Shown: piece after piece, positions 47,070 through 59,849 of the stretch | Numbering within the stretch: position 1 is the stretch's first letter | Layout of the letters: the number at the start of each line of letters is the position of its first letter | Source of the DNA: Macrostomum hystrix | Taxonomy: Eukaryota > Animalia > Platyhelminthes | Length of the DNA: 64,000 nucleotides | Assembly: GCA_950097015.1 (NCBI GenBank) | Contig: CATNEN010000039.1 | Coordinates: forward strand, 17,174,001-17,238,000 | Reading direction: 5' to 3' | Notes under the pieces: model-generated | What the model saw: only the letters and a program-made list of their open reading frames with translations | Database searches by the model: none | What the model was told of the DNA's origin: nothing | Translations under genes and position numbers: made by a program

Positions 47070-47340
47070 CATACATCCGCAACCTCCCAAGTCTTAGCCG
47101 GCCGTGCAACTTAGTTTTTGCTCTCATTTGCGACTTAGTTCGTTTCATTGCTCTATTTACGACTTAGTTTGCTCTCATTTGCTCTCTTTTTCTCTCCCCT
47201 CTTTCCTTTTCTTCACGCCTTCCTTTTTTGTCCCTTGGTCCCACCTTAGATTTTTTGCGCTTGGTCGATTGGTTTTTGCGACTTACCTTGCTTGGCCCTC
47301 GTTTCACCCGGCCGGTTCGGCCGTGTGTTGCGTATGTATG
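47070..47340. mobile_element. Non-autonomous TIR DNA transposon (MITE, hAT-like) with 8-bp TSD
   Basis: TIRs CATACATCCGCAAC ... GTTGCGTATGTATG (13/14 match); perfect TSD TGCAGCTA at 47062-47069 and 47341-47348. Confidence 0.85.
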
Positions 47341-47471
47341 TGCAGCTATATTCAAGAATGAAACATTGCAAGATGTTTTAAAGCTAACTAGAATATAAAT
47401 TGTCAAGGCTACAATGTTGTTGTTAATCCTTCAGCAGCAAGCTGGATTCTTCTAGTAGCCAATCCTCGCAG

Positions 47472-47910
47472 CCGAAGCTCTGGGAGCGGCCCTGGACTCT
47501 TGACGAGATTCGCGAACGAGCCAACGATTGGTCTCTGGCTGGCGATGCTGGGGTTTGTTGGCTACAATATTTACTACTAACTTTCTCTGCTACTATTAGT
47601 AGAGTAGTGAAAATGAGGTATCCTAAATTTTTTTCTTATTTTTTCGCAGCTGCTGCTCTATCTGGAGGAGAGCAACCGCAGCCTCCTAGCCAAGACGTCC
47701 GAGTTTCAGAAGACCCTGCAGGACAGTGTCCACGAGATACGGTCTACGCAGACCCTCTTGCATAATACGTTTAACGATTTCAATGCGCTAGCCGATACTA
47801 GATTCGTGGAAAATGTGAGCCATCAAAGCTGTCATTCTGCCTCTCTGTCTATCTACCCGTCTGTTTGTCTGTCTGTCTGTCATTGTGTCTGTCTGTCTGT
47901 CTGTCTGTCA

Positions 47911-47941
<31 letters not shown>

Positions 47942-47950
47942 AGTCAGTCA

Positions 47951-48006
<56 letters not shown>

Positions 48007-49342
48007 GGCATTTCTGAAAAAGTCCAATCTACAACCTGCAAGCGAGTCTACGACGAAGACGTCGCGACCGCAGCCAGCTCGTCAGCTGACACCGCGGCAG
48101 CCGTCACCTCTCCAGCGGAGTCCGCTAAGCCGAAGACGCGCGAACAAATCGAAGCTGAACGCCTGCCGTGGATCCAGGAGGCCCTGCGAATCGGGCTGTC
48201 CATCCTGGAGACCAAGTACGATCGAGTTGAACTGGCCGACGTCAGCGACAGCGAAGACGACGAAGACGATGACGAAGCCGGCGCAGGCGAGAGGTCGAGA
48301 ACTGCCACCGCAGCAGCCATGCTGGAGCCCGTCTATCAGGCCCGCGATGTCTACAAGAATCGAAAACTGCCCCACCTGGTCGGGTCATCGGCTTGGCTAG
48401 CCGACGATTGGGTCGGATTGGCTGCGCAATTGCAGGCGAGTTGCATTTTTTCTGGATTTTTGATCACCGCCTTGATGACTGGTTTCTTAAAACAACTGTT
48501 TGATCAGTTCATAAAGCCCCTTGATGTCCAGTCGTATGACCAGTTTATAAAACACCCGTATGACCAGTCAGTGAACACCTGTATGACCAGTCAGTGAACA
48601 CCTGTATGACCAGTTTATAAAACACCTGTATGACCAGTAAGTAAACACCTGTATGACCAGTAAGTAAACACCTGTATGACCAGTAAGTAAACACCTGTAT
48701 GACCAGTAAGTAAACACCTGTATGACCAGTAAGTAAACACCTGTATGACCAGTCAGTGAACACCTGTATGACCAGTAAGTAAACACCTGTATGACCAGTA
48801 AGTAAACACCTGTATGACCAGTTTATAAAACACCTGTATGACCAGTAAGTAAACACCTGTATGACCAGTAAGTAAACACCTGTATGACCAGTTTATAAAA
48901 CACCTGCATGACTAGTAAGTAAACACCTGTATGACCAGTCAGTGAACACCTGTATGACTAGTTAGTAAACATCTGCATGACCATTTTAAAACTACCTGAA
49001 CTACTAGTACTAGTTATTTTACACCTATATGACCAGCTAGTAAACGCCTGTATAGGTGTAAATTATAATATGCTTACTTCAATTAGAACACCAAGATCTT
49101 CACTAACCTAATTAACTCGTTAATCAACTCTGGCAGCTACCGTCGGCGGCTGCCTCGGCAGCTGCTGCTGGCGGCTCTGCGCCAGGTGCGGCCGCTGATC
49201 AATATGAAGATGAGGATGATGAAGAAGAAGAGGAAGAAGAAGAGGAGCAAGATGGCGAAACTGTTGCGGTATCCGGAATTGCAGCCGCGCTCGATTCGGA
49301 CGAAGAGAGCGCCCAATTCGAAGATGCTAACAGTCGGCGCTC

Positions 49343-49379
<37 letters not shown>

Positions 49380-49647
49380 AGGAAGAAGCAGCGTCAATTA
49401 TTTGGGGACGACGAGGACAGCGACGAAGAAGATGACGAAGATCTATTCGTGACGCAGGGCGCTTCGTTGTCTGGAGCTGCGGCAGCCGCCTACAACAATG
49501 TGGCCAACGATGGAGACGAAGATCTTGACGATGAACAAGAAGAAGGAGATGACAGTGACAGACAAAAGCGTGGGCCAATGTCTGTTACGGACGAATTGAA
49601 AGCTCGCCTAAGTGGAAGATTGCCGCCGAAGTCTTCAGGTTCGCAGC

Positions 49648-49678
<31 letters not shown>

Positions 49679-52600
49679 ATCTTCGTCTGCGACGTCAGCG
49701 GCTGGCGGTACCGGCGAAGCCGCAGCCAGTCGTCAAGCCGCTGAAGCTTCGGTGCAGAAATTGCTTCAGGGATCCATTGCGCCTGGCGGTAAATAATCGA
49801 GTGAATTATGACCAGTAGGGCGATGACAATATGTCCAGTAGTGGTGGAATTAGTCAGTTATAAGATAGATAAATTTACCAGAACATATAGTAACACACGT
49901 GTGACTAGTAAATAATTTTAAAGGACAAACCTCATTATCATCCTTTTTAACAGGCCACAAAGCGTCTCTGTGGGATGACGACGATGAGGAGAGCGAGGAT
50001 GACATCTTTGCGCCTAAAAGGGCGGCAGATAAGCCCGCCGAGGTAATTTTATTGATTGGCGATAAGGCTGCAAATACTCTGCCCTTCCGGCAAAAGCAGT
50101 ACTCCGAATTCTAAAATTTCTTACCCCTCTCTGGCAGTCAGACAGCCACCCCTTCAATTTCTACCCCACCCAGCCAATAGGATACCCCCTTACACTCCTT
50201 ACACTACCAGTAAACGCGACACCCACCCCAAATATTTCTTACCCCTCCCAGCCAATCGGATACGGAACACTAAAACATCGATCCCTTCTAGTCAGCGCGA
50301 AACCCACCCCTAAAATTCCCACCCCTCCTACCCCTGCAATGCCTTCCGCTCAAATTTCTTACCTCTTATTAACCAATCGTGACAATTGTCCCTGAAATCC
50401 ATCGTTCTTAAAATCAAAATGGCGTGATATTCTAAATGACTCTGGAATAAACTATTCCCTTATTTTCTTTCGCCAAACCAGGTTGTGTCAGAAGTGAAGG
50501 CGACCGCTAAACCAGGTTACTATTTTGTGCATTTAGCTAATTGGTGAAACGTGTGATATTATACACAGGCATTATGATTATAGAAGCTAGCTAATGCTGA
50601 TTTGCTAAATAAGTCGAAAAAATTCGCAAAATTCATTGCTTATTTTTAGCAGGCCCATCAAAAGTTAATCAAACAACAGGTCAATCAGCTGCTACAGCTC
50701 CGCTAGGTGCTAAAGTGATTAAACCTACTCGATTATTCGGTATGATTCTACTTTTTTATTCTTACAAGTAGAGTATAAGAGCTATGTACATTTTTTCTTT
50801 TCATAACCGATTACGGATTCACTATTTTATTTAGTGATTGGGAGCCAAATATTTAATTATATCCTGAGTATTCGAGTACATCTCATAATGCTGAGTCAAT
50901 GATATTAAGAATGATTTGTTTGACAATTAATCAAAAATTTAGGCTCGGATTCTTCAGACGAAGACGATGATTTGTTTAAAATTCCACCTTCTGGTGCAAA
51001 TCAAAGATCAAAGGCGCCGATGTCTGTTAAGCCTAAGCAGCCTGATTTGGCTAGTAAGATTTTTTATCGATTTTTTTATTTGATTGATTGCTGTATGTTG
51101 TTTAACACTGCGACTATTTTAGTTTGTTTTGCTGCTATGCAGTGTTATAAAAGTCTGCTTTTATATTTAACTGTCATGCCAGTGCAACACCCACCCCAAA
51201 AATTCCTTTGCCTTCCCAGCCAATGCGAACCCCACAGTTAATCCTTATACTCCTTTAATTCTGTGCGACACGCGCCCCTCAAATTCCTTACCTCTCCCAG
51301 CCAATGCGGCACCAACCCGTCAAATTCCTTACCCCTGCCAGCCAATGCGGCACCAACCCCTCGAATTCCTTACCCCTCCTAGACAAGGCGGCAACCCCTC
51401 GAATTCCTTACCCCTCCTAGACAAGGCGGCAACCCCTCGATTTCCTTACCCCTCCTAGACAAGGCGGCAACCCCTCGATTTCCTTACCCCTCCTAGACAA
51501 GGCGGCAACCCCTCGATTTCCTTACCCCTCCTAGACAAGGCGGCAACCCCTCGATTTCCTTACCCCTCCTAGCCAATGCGCACCAACCCCTCGAATTCCA
51601 AACCCCTCCCAGCCATTCCGACATTCAACACTTAAATTCCGTTCCCCAATCGGTAAAAAAAAATTTTATGTGCTTGCAGGCGTGAACAACTCGCAACCGA
51701 CTCAATCAGGCTCGAAATCTACTGCCGCAGCAGCAACAGCAGCAGCGGCGGCGTCATCATCGTCTGCAAATGCTAATTCAGCAAAAGTACAGCCGCAAGA
51801 ACAGCAGCAAAAGCAGCAGCAGCAGCAGCAACAACAACAGCAGAAGAAAAAAGGCCTTTTCGACAGTGATGATGACGAAGAGGACGATCTCTTTGCAGTG
51901 AAGCCTGCGTTGGTAAGCTTTAAATGAGAACATGTTTTCAATATTTTGCGCAAATGTTTATTTTTTAATTCAATGCGAAAATTTTCCAGCCAGCATCGAA
52001 GTCGGAGCGAGGCCGCAGTCTTCTCGTAGACGAACCGGATTCTAGCGGCGTCAGACCGGAGTTGGCGTCAGCGGCTGCAGCTTCAGCCAAGCTGAAGGCT
52101 ACTAGTTTATTTCACGACGGAAGCGATAGTGACAGTGACAGTGAAGGAGGCGACGGCGACGGCGGTCTGTTTGCACCGGCGCGGAAAGCGTCAGAAGCCG
52201 ATAAGAAGAAATTTGTCAGCAGCACCGAGTCAGAAGCAGACGGTTCGACAACTAACCCAGCAAGGACTCAGCAGCAGCAGCAGCAGTCGTCGAGTAAGCC
52301 GTTCGGTGGAGTCAGCGTGTTCGGCGGAGCGGTCGACCCCGCTGCGGTGCTGCGTATACGGCAGCAGAGAGGTCAGTAGGCCCCAAGGAATGACTGGATC
52401 AAGAAGTGACTAGAGATCAAGGAGAGACTAGATCAAGGAGTGACTAGATCATGGAGTGACTAGATCAAGGAGTGACTAGATCAAAGAGTGACTAGATCAA
52501 AGAGTGACTAGTTCAAGGAGTGACTAGTTCAAGGAGTGACTAGAGATCAAGGAGAGACTAGAGATCAAGGAGAGACTAGATCTCAAGGAGTGACTAGATC

Positions 52601-55600
52601 AAGGAGTGACTAGATCATGGAGTGACTAGATCAAGGAGTGACTAGATCAAAGAGTGACTAGATCAAAGAGTGACTAGATCAAAGAGTGACTAGTTCAAGG
52701 AGTGACTAGTTCAAGGAGTGACTAGAGATCAAGGAGAGACTAGAGATCAAGGAGAGACTAGATCTCAAGGAGTAACTAAAGATCAAGGAGTGACTAGATC
52801 AAGGAGTGACTAGATTAAGGGGTGACTAGATCATGGAGTGACTAGATCAAGGAGTGACTAGATCAAAGAGTGACTAGTTCAAGGAGTGACTAGTTCAAGG
52901 AGTGACTAGAGATCAAGGAGAGACTAGAGATCAAGGAGAGACTAGAGATCAAGGAGTAACTAAAGATCAAGGAGTGACTAGATCAAGGAGTGACTAGATT
53001 AAGGGGTGACTAGATCAAGGAGAGACTAGAGATCAAGGAGAGACTAGAGATCAAGGAGTAACTAAAGATCAAGGAGTGACTAGATCAAGGAGTGACTTGA
53101 TCAAGGAGTGACTAGATCTCAAGGAGTGACTAGATCTCAAGGAGTGACTAGATCAAGGAGTTACTAGATCAAGTTTTTTACTTTCTAGCCGCCAGCAGCT
53201 CTGACTCGGAGAGCAGTGACGATTCAGACTTTGACAACCGGAAACCGATGCAGTCCCAGAAAGCTCCTGCGGCAGCTGCAGCCGCTGCGTCTGCGGCCCC
53301 GGTGCCTTCAGCACCCGCCGCGTCCGCCGCCACCACAGCCACTACCACCGTCAATGCAGCCGACGAGCCGTCGACTGTTAAGAAGCCGGCTGTAAAGAAG
53401 AATCTATTTGAATCTTCGGATTCAGACTCCGATGCGGATTTGTTCGCCCTGCCGAAAAAGCCAATCGCAGGTGGCCAGGTTGCCCCTAGCAACACACAAT
53501 TTAAACCTAGCGACAAGCCGGTCGCCTCTAGCAACGCCCCTAGCAACAGCCAGGTTGCCCCTAGCAACACACAAGGTAATCCTAGCGGCAAGCCGGTCGC
53601 CCCTAGCAACAGTCAGGTTGCCCCTACTAACACACAAGTTAATCCTAGCGGCAAGCCGGTCGCCCCTAGCAACAGCCAGGTTGCCCCTAGCAACACACAA
53701 GCTAATCCTAGCGGCAAGCCGGTCGCCCCTAGCAACAGCCAGGTTGCCCCTACTAACACACAATTTAATCCTAGCGGCAAGCCGGTCGCCCCTAGCAACA
53801 GCCAGGTTGCCCCTGGCAACACACAAGCTAATCCTAGCGGCAAGCCGGTCGCCCCTAGCAACGACCCAGCTGCTCCTAGCAACAAAGCTGTTGCAGTTAA
53901 GAAGCCAGCCGCCTCTGTGTTCGCTTCCGACTCGTCCTCGGATGACGCTGATGATCTGTTCTCCGTTGTCAAGAAAAAGACACAAGCGCCAGTCTTAACG
54001 CATCAGCCATCAGCGCCGGTTCCTGCTGCACCCCCTGCTGCCGCGGCTCCGGCTGCGGCTGCGGGCACGACTGCGTCGCCTGAGCCGCCGGCTGTCGACA
54101 AGGCAGCTATGAGCGGCCGACGCGCGCCTGTCGGCGGGGTGAGCATGTTCGGCGGCGGCCTTCCGCCTCCGGCTGCGCTTCTGCGGTCTAAAGTGGCCGC
54201 TGCGACCGCCGCCGCGGCTTCTTCCATCGCTGCTGCAGCCGCCTCAGATGACGAGAATGTTGGAGAAGCTCCTGTGGAATCAGGAGCTGCAACCGCTGGT
54301 AGACAGCAGAGTGAATCAACTGGTGGACTATTGGTCTCCGTCACCAAGGTGAGATTTTTACTTCAAGGCCCTCTTCGCCTTTCCCGCTTCGGAGTTCCAG
54401 CTTAAAATAGTTTTGATAAAACCGGCAACAAAAAATTAATTTGCAGGATCGAGCTCGACTTCCAGGGCGTCGTTTGCCTTCTCGGCGCGCCGGAGCCGCC
54501 TCAGCTTCCAGCACCGCGGCAGCCAAAGCTATAGAAGTTCCACAAGCTTCTTCAGCTCCAGTAGCAACAGCCGCAGCTCCAGTGGTCTCCGTGTCAGACG
54601 ATGCCACTGTTAAGCAGTTTATGGCGCCTGTTGACCTCGACGACGGTTCAAGTAAGCGCCCTAGCCCACAGCCACCTTTTCAACCTCGGGCTTCGACTGG
54701 TCTGCTTCGTCGAGACAGTCGAGACAGCGATCAGGACGACGATATTTTTGCATCTAGTCGACTGTCTGCTAAGCCTAAGATCCCATCCACCGACGCTAAG
54801 ATCCCATCCGCCGACTCTAAGATCCCATCCGCCGACGCTAGGATCCCATCCGCCGACGCTAAGATCCCATCCACCGACGCTAAGATCCCATCCGCCGACG
54901 CTAAGATCCCATCCGCCGACGCTAAGATCCCATCCGCCGTCGCTAGGATCGTATCATCGTCTTCCGACTCATTAGCTAGTAATATTCCAAAGCGCCCAAC
55001 TGCGTTGGATGAAGATGATGATCTGTTTGCAGATCTCATTGTCAAGGAGCAGCCGCCGCCAACCCAGACCGCTCCCGCCGAAGTCAGGCCAGAAGAAGGG
55101 AAGAAAACGAAGAAAAATCGGGACCCATTCGCTTCCTCGTCATCCAACGAAGACGAAGATATTTTTGGTAGCGACGTCAATGTCAAAGCCAAGTCGACAA
55201 CGGCACCGTCTGGCGCGAATCCGACAGCTTCGGTTAGCGATCAGCTGGATGACATTTTCGCTGCTGACATTGTTAAGAAGCCGACCGGCGCCTCAGCGGC
55301 AGCCAGCGCGGCGGCGAAGCGGCAGCAGAAGGTTGGCGCCGGCGCGTCTAACAAGAAGTCGTCGTCGTCTAAGCCAGCTAAAGCGGTCACAAATCAGGAC
55401 CTCGGTAAGCCTTTTTTCTGCTTTTTCTCAGGACTAGGAGGTCGGGAGTTCGATTCCCGACTTGAAAATTTTGTGTCATTTAGCTTGATACCCAACTCTG
55501 CATGCTTCCGTTCACCCAGCAGTTAAATAGTTACCAGTATTAGCTAAGGTAAATTGATGGTGTCCATGGACTGTACAACCGTACGCAGCCTTCAGATGCG

Positions 55601-56372
55601 CCGCACAATAGCTGCGGCTGTGCTGTCGGCTGCACGTCTGGTCCAATTGGGGCAGGTGTAATCAAGTGTTATAATTATAAATCACGATTCGCATCCGTGA
55701 TAAATGCCAATTACTGTCATTTCAAGTTTTAGATTTCGAGCACTTGTTGTACTCTTTAAGACAATGCGGCTAATTTCACTATAGTTTTTTAATGTTATAT
55801 ACAATCGTATTTCTTTGGTATCGAAAAAACCTGTCGATCGATAATTTACAGACAAAATAATTTTTTTAAATAAGATTTTTGGACTAACTAGTCTACTTGT
55901 AGTAGCCAGCATAAACTAATGAAGCACAGCGCATCAAACGACGGCAGCCCTAAGAAGGGCCGTTTTAGCAAGTCACAACACAATAGTTTCTACTAGTAGT
56001 GATGATTATATTTTGCTACATATTTTTACACCTTACGATGGAGTATTGTAATTCGAGGTTCTAGATTTAGAAGTGCTAAAAATTCTTCAATTTAAAAGCT
56101 TATTTCTAGATTCTAGCTTTTAAAAAGACAAACAGAAGAAGACACAATAAACATGCTGGCTTCCATAAAAATATCATAATCCAGATGACATCTTCGGTGA
56201 CGCAGCTCCAACTGGAAAGTCTGCCAACCAGAAGACAGTCAAAAAGCCGGCGGGCGGCGCTGGCGAGAACACGAATAAGAAGGCCAGCAAAAAGTCTACG
56301 GTGGCCGCAGCTGCAGCTTCAGCGGCTGACACTGACGATATTTTCGATGATCCACTGGGTGCTCTAAAATAA
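47472..56372 (+). CDS. WASHC2: WASH complex subunit 2 (FAM21), ~1510 aa; initiator codon not located
   Basis: Exons 47472(or 47435)-47552, 47650-47814, 48043-48435, 49137-49788, 49954-50042, 50482-50515, 50650-50739, 50943-51053, 51680-51912, 51990-52371, 53189-54348, 54447-55404 and 56185-56372, frame-consistent. N-terminal [21 protein letters not shown] and HNTFNDF..L.DTRFVENRVYDED, many LF-acidic-LF retromer-binding motifs, capping-protein-interaction-like [20 protein letters not shown]-terminal DIFDDPL. Confidence 0.93.
47843..48006. repeat. (CTGT)n microsatellite in a WASHC2 intron
   Basis: Direct inspection. Confidence 0.92.
48530..49050. repeat. 23-bp minisatellite (AAACACCTGTATGACCAGTAAGT) in a WASHC2 intron
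   Basis: Direct inspection. Confidence 0.92.
51280..51612. repeat. 38-bp minisatellite (TTCCTTACCCCTCCTAGACAAGGCGGCAACCCCTCGAW)
   Basis: Direct inspection. Confidence 0.9.
52395..53172. repeat. 16/18-bp minisatellite (GACTAGATCAAGGAGT) filling a WASHC2 intron
   Basis: Direct inspection. Confidence 0.93.
53475..53885 (+). repeat. Coding 63-bp (3x21) repeat inside WASHC2 ([20 protein letters not shown].)
   Basis: In-frame repeat within exon 53189-54348. Confidence 0.9.
54775..54950 (+). repeat. Coding 21-bp repeat inside WASHC2 (KIPSADA x ~8)
   Basis: In-frame repeat within exon 54447-55404. Confidence 0.9.
55432..55670 (+). mobile_element. SINE family B copy (5' truncated) in the last WASHC2 intron
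   Basis: B box gttcgattcc; 3' body nearly identical to 36408-36509. Confidence 0.8.
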
Positions 56373-56699
56373 TCAACTCATTGATTGATTGACTGATCTA
56401 TTTTTATTACTCTTGTTATTATTAGTTACTCGTTTATCCAGATTTTCCAATATTGCTATTTTGCTAATTGAATCCAAGTTTAAGCTAGGTAGATCAAAAC
56501 AGAGCCAAAATTAATCTGTCTGTTAGTGCGCGTGAAGCCTAATTAATTATTCTTTGATTCAACTCTGATTGGGGAGACCTATAGCAGTTCCCCATGTTTT
56601 GTATGTTTTGCCTTCTATTTTAACAAACAAGATGTGAATTTTTCCGCATCGTATCATTTCTCAATATCAATACATGAGACACCAAGGTTGCTTCCTGCA

Positions 56700-57840
56700 G
56701 GATTATTGGAAATAAGGATCACTGACAAAGGATTAAGGAAAATAAGGATCACTGATAAAGGATTAAGGAAAATAAGGATCACTGATAAAGGATTAAGGAA
56801 AATAAGGATCACTGATAAAGGATTAAGGAAAATAAGGATCACTGATAAAGGATTAAGGAAAAAAAGGATCACTAATAAAGGATTAAGGAAAATAAGGATC
56901 ACTAATAAAGGATTAGGGGTAATAAGGATCACTGATAAAGGATTAGGGGTAATAAGGATCACTGATAAAGGATTAGGGGTAATAAGGATTTCTGATAAAG
57001 GATTAGGGGTAATAAAGATTTCTGATAAAGGATTAGGGGTAATAAAGATTTCTGATAAAGTATTAGGGGTAATTTAGATTTTTGATAAAGGATTAGGGGT
57101 AATATAGATTTTTTATAAAGGATTAGGGGTAATATGGATTTTTTATAAAGGATTAGGGGTAATATGGATTTCTGATAAAGGATTAGGAGTGATATGGATT
57201 TCTGATAAAGGATTAGGGGTAATAAGGATTTCTGATAAAGGATTAGGGGTAATAAGGATTTCTGATAAAGGATTAGGCGTAATAAGGATTTCTGATAAAG
57301 GATTAGGCGTAATAAGGATTTCTGATAAAGGATTAGGCGTAATAAGGATTTCTGATAAAGGATTAGGCGTAATAAGGATTTTTTATAAAGGATTAGGGGT
57401 AATATGGATTTCTGATAAAGGATTAGGAGTGATATGGATTTCTGATAAAGGATTAGGGGTAATAAGGATTTCTGATAAAGGATTAGGGGTAATAAGGATT
57501 TCTGATAAAGGATTAGGCGTAATAAGGATTTCTGATAAAGGATTAGGCGTAATAAGGATTTCTGATAAAGGATTAGGGTTAATAAGGATTTCTGATAAAG
57601 TATTAGGGGTAATATGGATTTAAGATAAAGGATTAGGGGTAATAAGGGTTTCTGATAAAGGATTAGGGGTAATAAGGATTTCTGATAAAGGATTAGGGGT
57701 AATAAGAATTTCTGATAAAGGATTAGGGTTAATATGGATTTCTGATAAAGGATTAGGGTTAATAAGGATTTCTGATAAAGTATTAGGGGTAATATGGATT
57801 TAAGATAAAGGATTAGGGGTAACAAGGATCACTGATAAAG
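56700..57840. repeat. 30-bp minisatellite (GATTAGGGGTAATAAGGATTTCTGATAAAG)
   Basis: Direct inspection. Confidence 0.95.
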
Positions 57841-58357
57841 TAGTAGTAGAAAAGGGGGATTACTGAAGGGGCTAATAAGACAATTGAGGTAACTAAATAT
57901 TTTCGTACTATGATTTGCGTCTTTCATTCAGCTAAGTTATCGCCTGATTTAATTCCATTGAATCCTGCACTACTTATCGTGCAGAACGCATGCCCTCATT
58001 GCGTATTTGTCACTGATCATGATTTACTTTGCAACTTTAAGAAGGCCAAATTACGAATAATTCCTTTGCTTAATTTTCTGCTCGTTAGCACTTTTTATGA
58101 TTTAATAAAATTCCCGGAAGCCCGTACATGGATATAAAATGCATCTGTAAAATAAAACTACAAATTGACATCTCAGTACGTTGCAAGCTCTTTAAAGTGC
58201 TAAGAAATTTTCTTTAATTTTTCACTTGCACACAAATATATCAGCAGGCTATCACGATTAAATCAATTACAGAATTAGATTTTTATCTATGAATTATTTT
58301 TGCTAGTGATAACGATTTTGTTGTCTGCATTTTGACGTTAATTTTTACGTTGGAGAA

Positions 58358-58995
58358 AGTGGGATTTCTGTATCAGGCTGTGGGATTTCTGTGGCAGGCA
58401 GTGGGATTTTTGTGGGAGGCTGTGGGATTTCTGTGGGAGGCTGTGGGATTTCTATGGGAAGCAGTTTCCCAAAAGGGGAAATAAATGGGATTTCTGTCGG
58501 AGGATGCGGGATTTTTGTGGGATTTCTATAGGATGTAGTGGGATTTCCGTGGGAAATCTGTAGGATTTCTATCGGACAAAGTGGGTTTCTGTATGAGGCT
58601 GTGGGATTTCTGTGGGAAGCAGTTTCCCAAAAGGGGAAATAAATGGGATTTCTGTCGGAGGATGCGGGATTTTTGTGGGATTTCTGTGGGAGGATGTGGG
58701 ATTTCTATAGGATGTAGTGGGATTTCCGTGGGAAATCTGTAGGATTTCTATCGGACAAAGTGGGTTTCTGTATGAGGCTGTGGGATTTCTGTGGGACACA
58801 GTGGGTTTCTGTGGGGGGGGCTGTGGGATTTCTGTGGGACACAGTGGGTTTCTGCGGGGGCTGTGGGATTTCTGTCGGAGGCTGTGGGATTTCTGTTGGA
58901 GGCTGTGGGATTTCTGTGGGATTTATATTGGGAGACAGTGGGTCCCACTGTGGTTTGCATTGGGATATCTGTGGGGGCTGTAGGATTTCTATTGA
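58358..58995. repeat. Diverged ~20-bp repeat (GGCTGTGGGATTTCTGTGGG) with an internal ~160-bp duplication
   Basis: Direct inspection. Confidence 0.85.
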
Positions 58996-59849
58996 AGCTT
59001 GTGGGATACATGTGGGAAGTGGCTTACACAGGAAGTGGCGAAAAGGCAATTATGTTTTCAAATAATGGATAAATAAACATTTAACGAATGTCTAATTATT
59101 CCGAAGTAAGAAGCAACGGACAGATTGCACAAGATTCGAGAAATAAATAAAAAGAGAAGACACACTATTGTGGAATATTTATTTTCTGCTTAATTAAAAA
59201 CGATAAACAAAGGAAGTTAATAAATTCGCATAGATAATCAACTGCAGCCACAACCTTTCAAATAGGGCTAATTTAATTCTATAATGAGTTAATTTAGCAA
59301 AACATTCCTTGGCACACAGCTTCACAGTACAGCTTGAATGCAGTGTAAGTTTAATTCCTATCTGAAAATATTGCTATGTATAAATATTACGATTTAGGAA
59401 AAACTATTACGAAAAGCCAGAAGCTTAGAAACACAGAAAAGGCAGAGACTAGAATAAAATAACAAAACCGAAACTGCAAATTTTGGATTATTTTTAATTT
59501 TATAGGTCAATCATCGACTAGAAGAAAGTCAGAGAAAATTTAAAATGTAACAGAACAAAACGATAAAACGGCTAGAAAATAACTGACAACAAAAATATAA
59601 ATTCAAACAAGCTGTCTAATTGGAATATTTTATAGTTTTCTCTAGAAAAAGGTAAACCACTAAATAGGGCTTGTATGTTTACAAGCACGCAATTGAAATG
59701 TAGTTTCGACTGACTGGTTATAGCTACAGAAATAGCATTCATTGATTGCTAATTGACTAAAAACCGAAAATACTTAGTCCATTTCTCAAGCCATATTTTA
59801 AAATATGTCTCGTCAATTTGAAGGTACTCAAAAATGGATTGCACATGAA

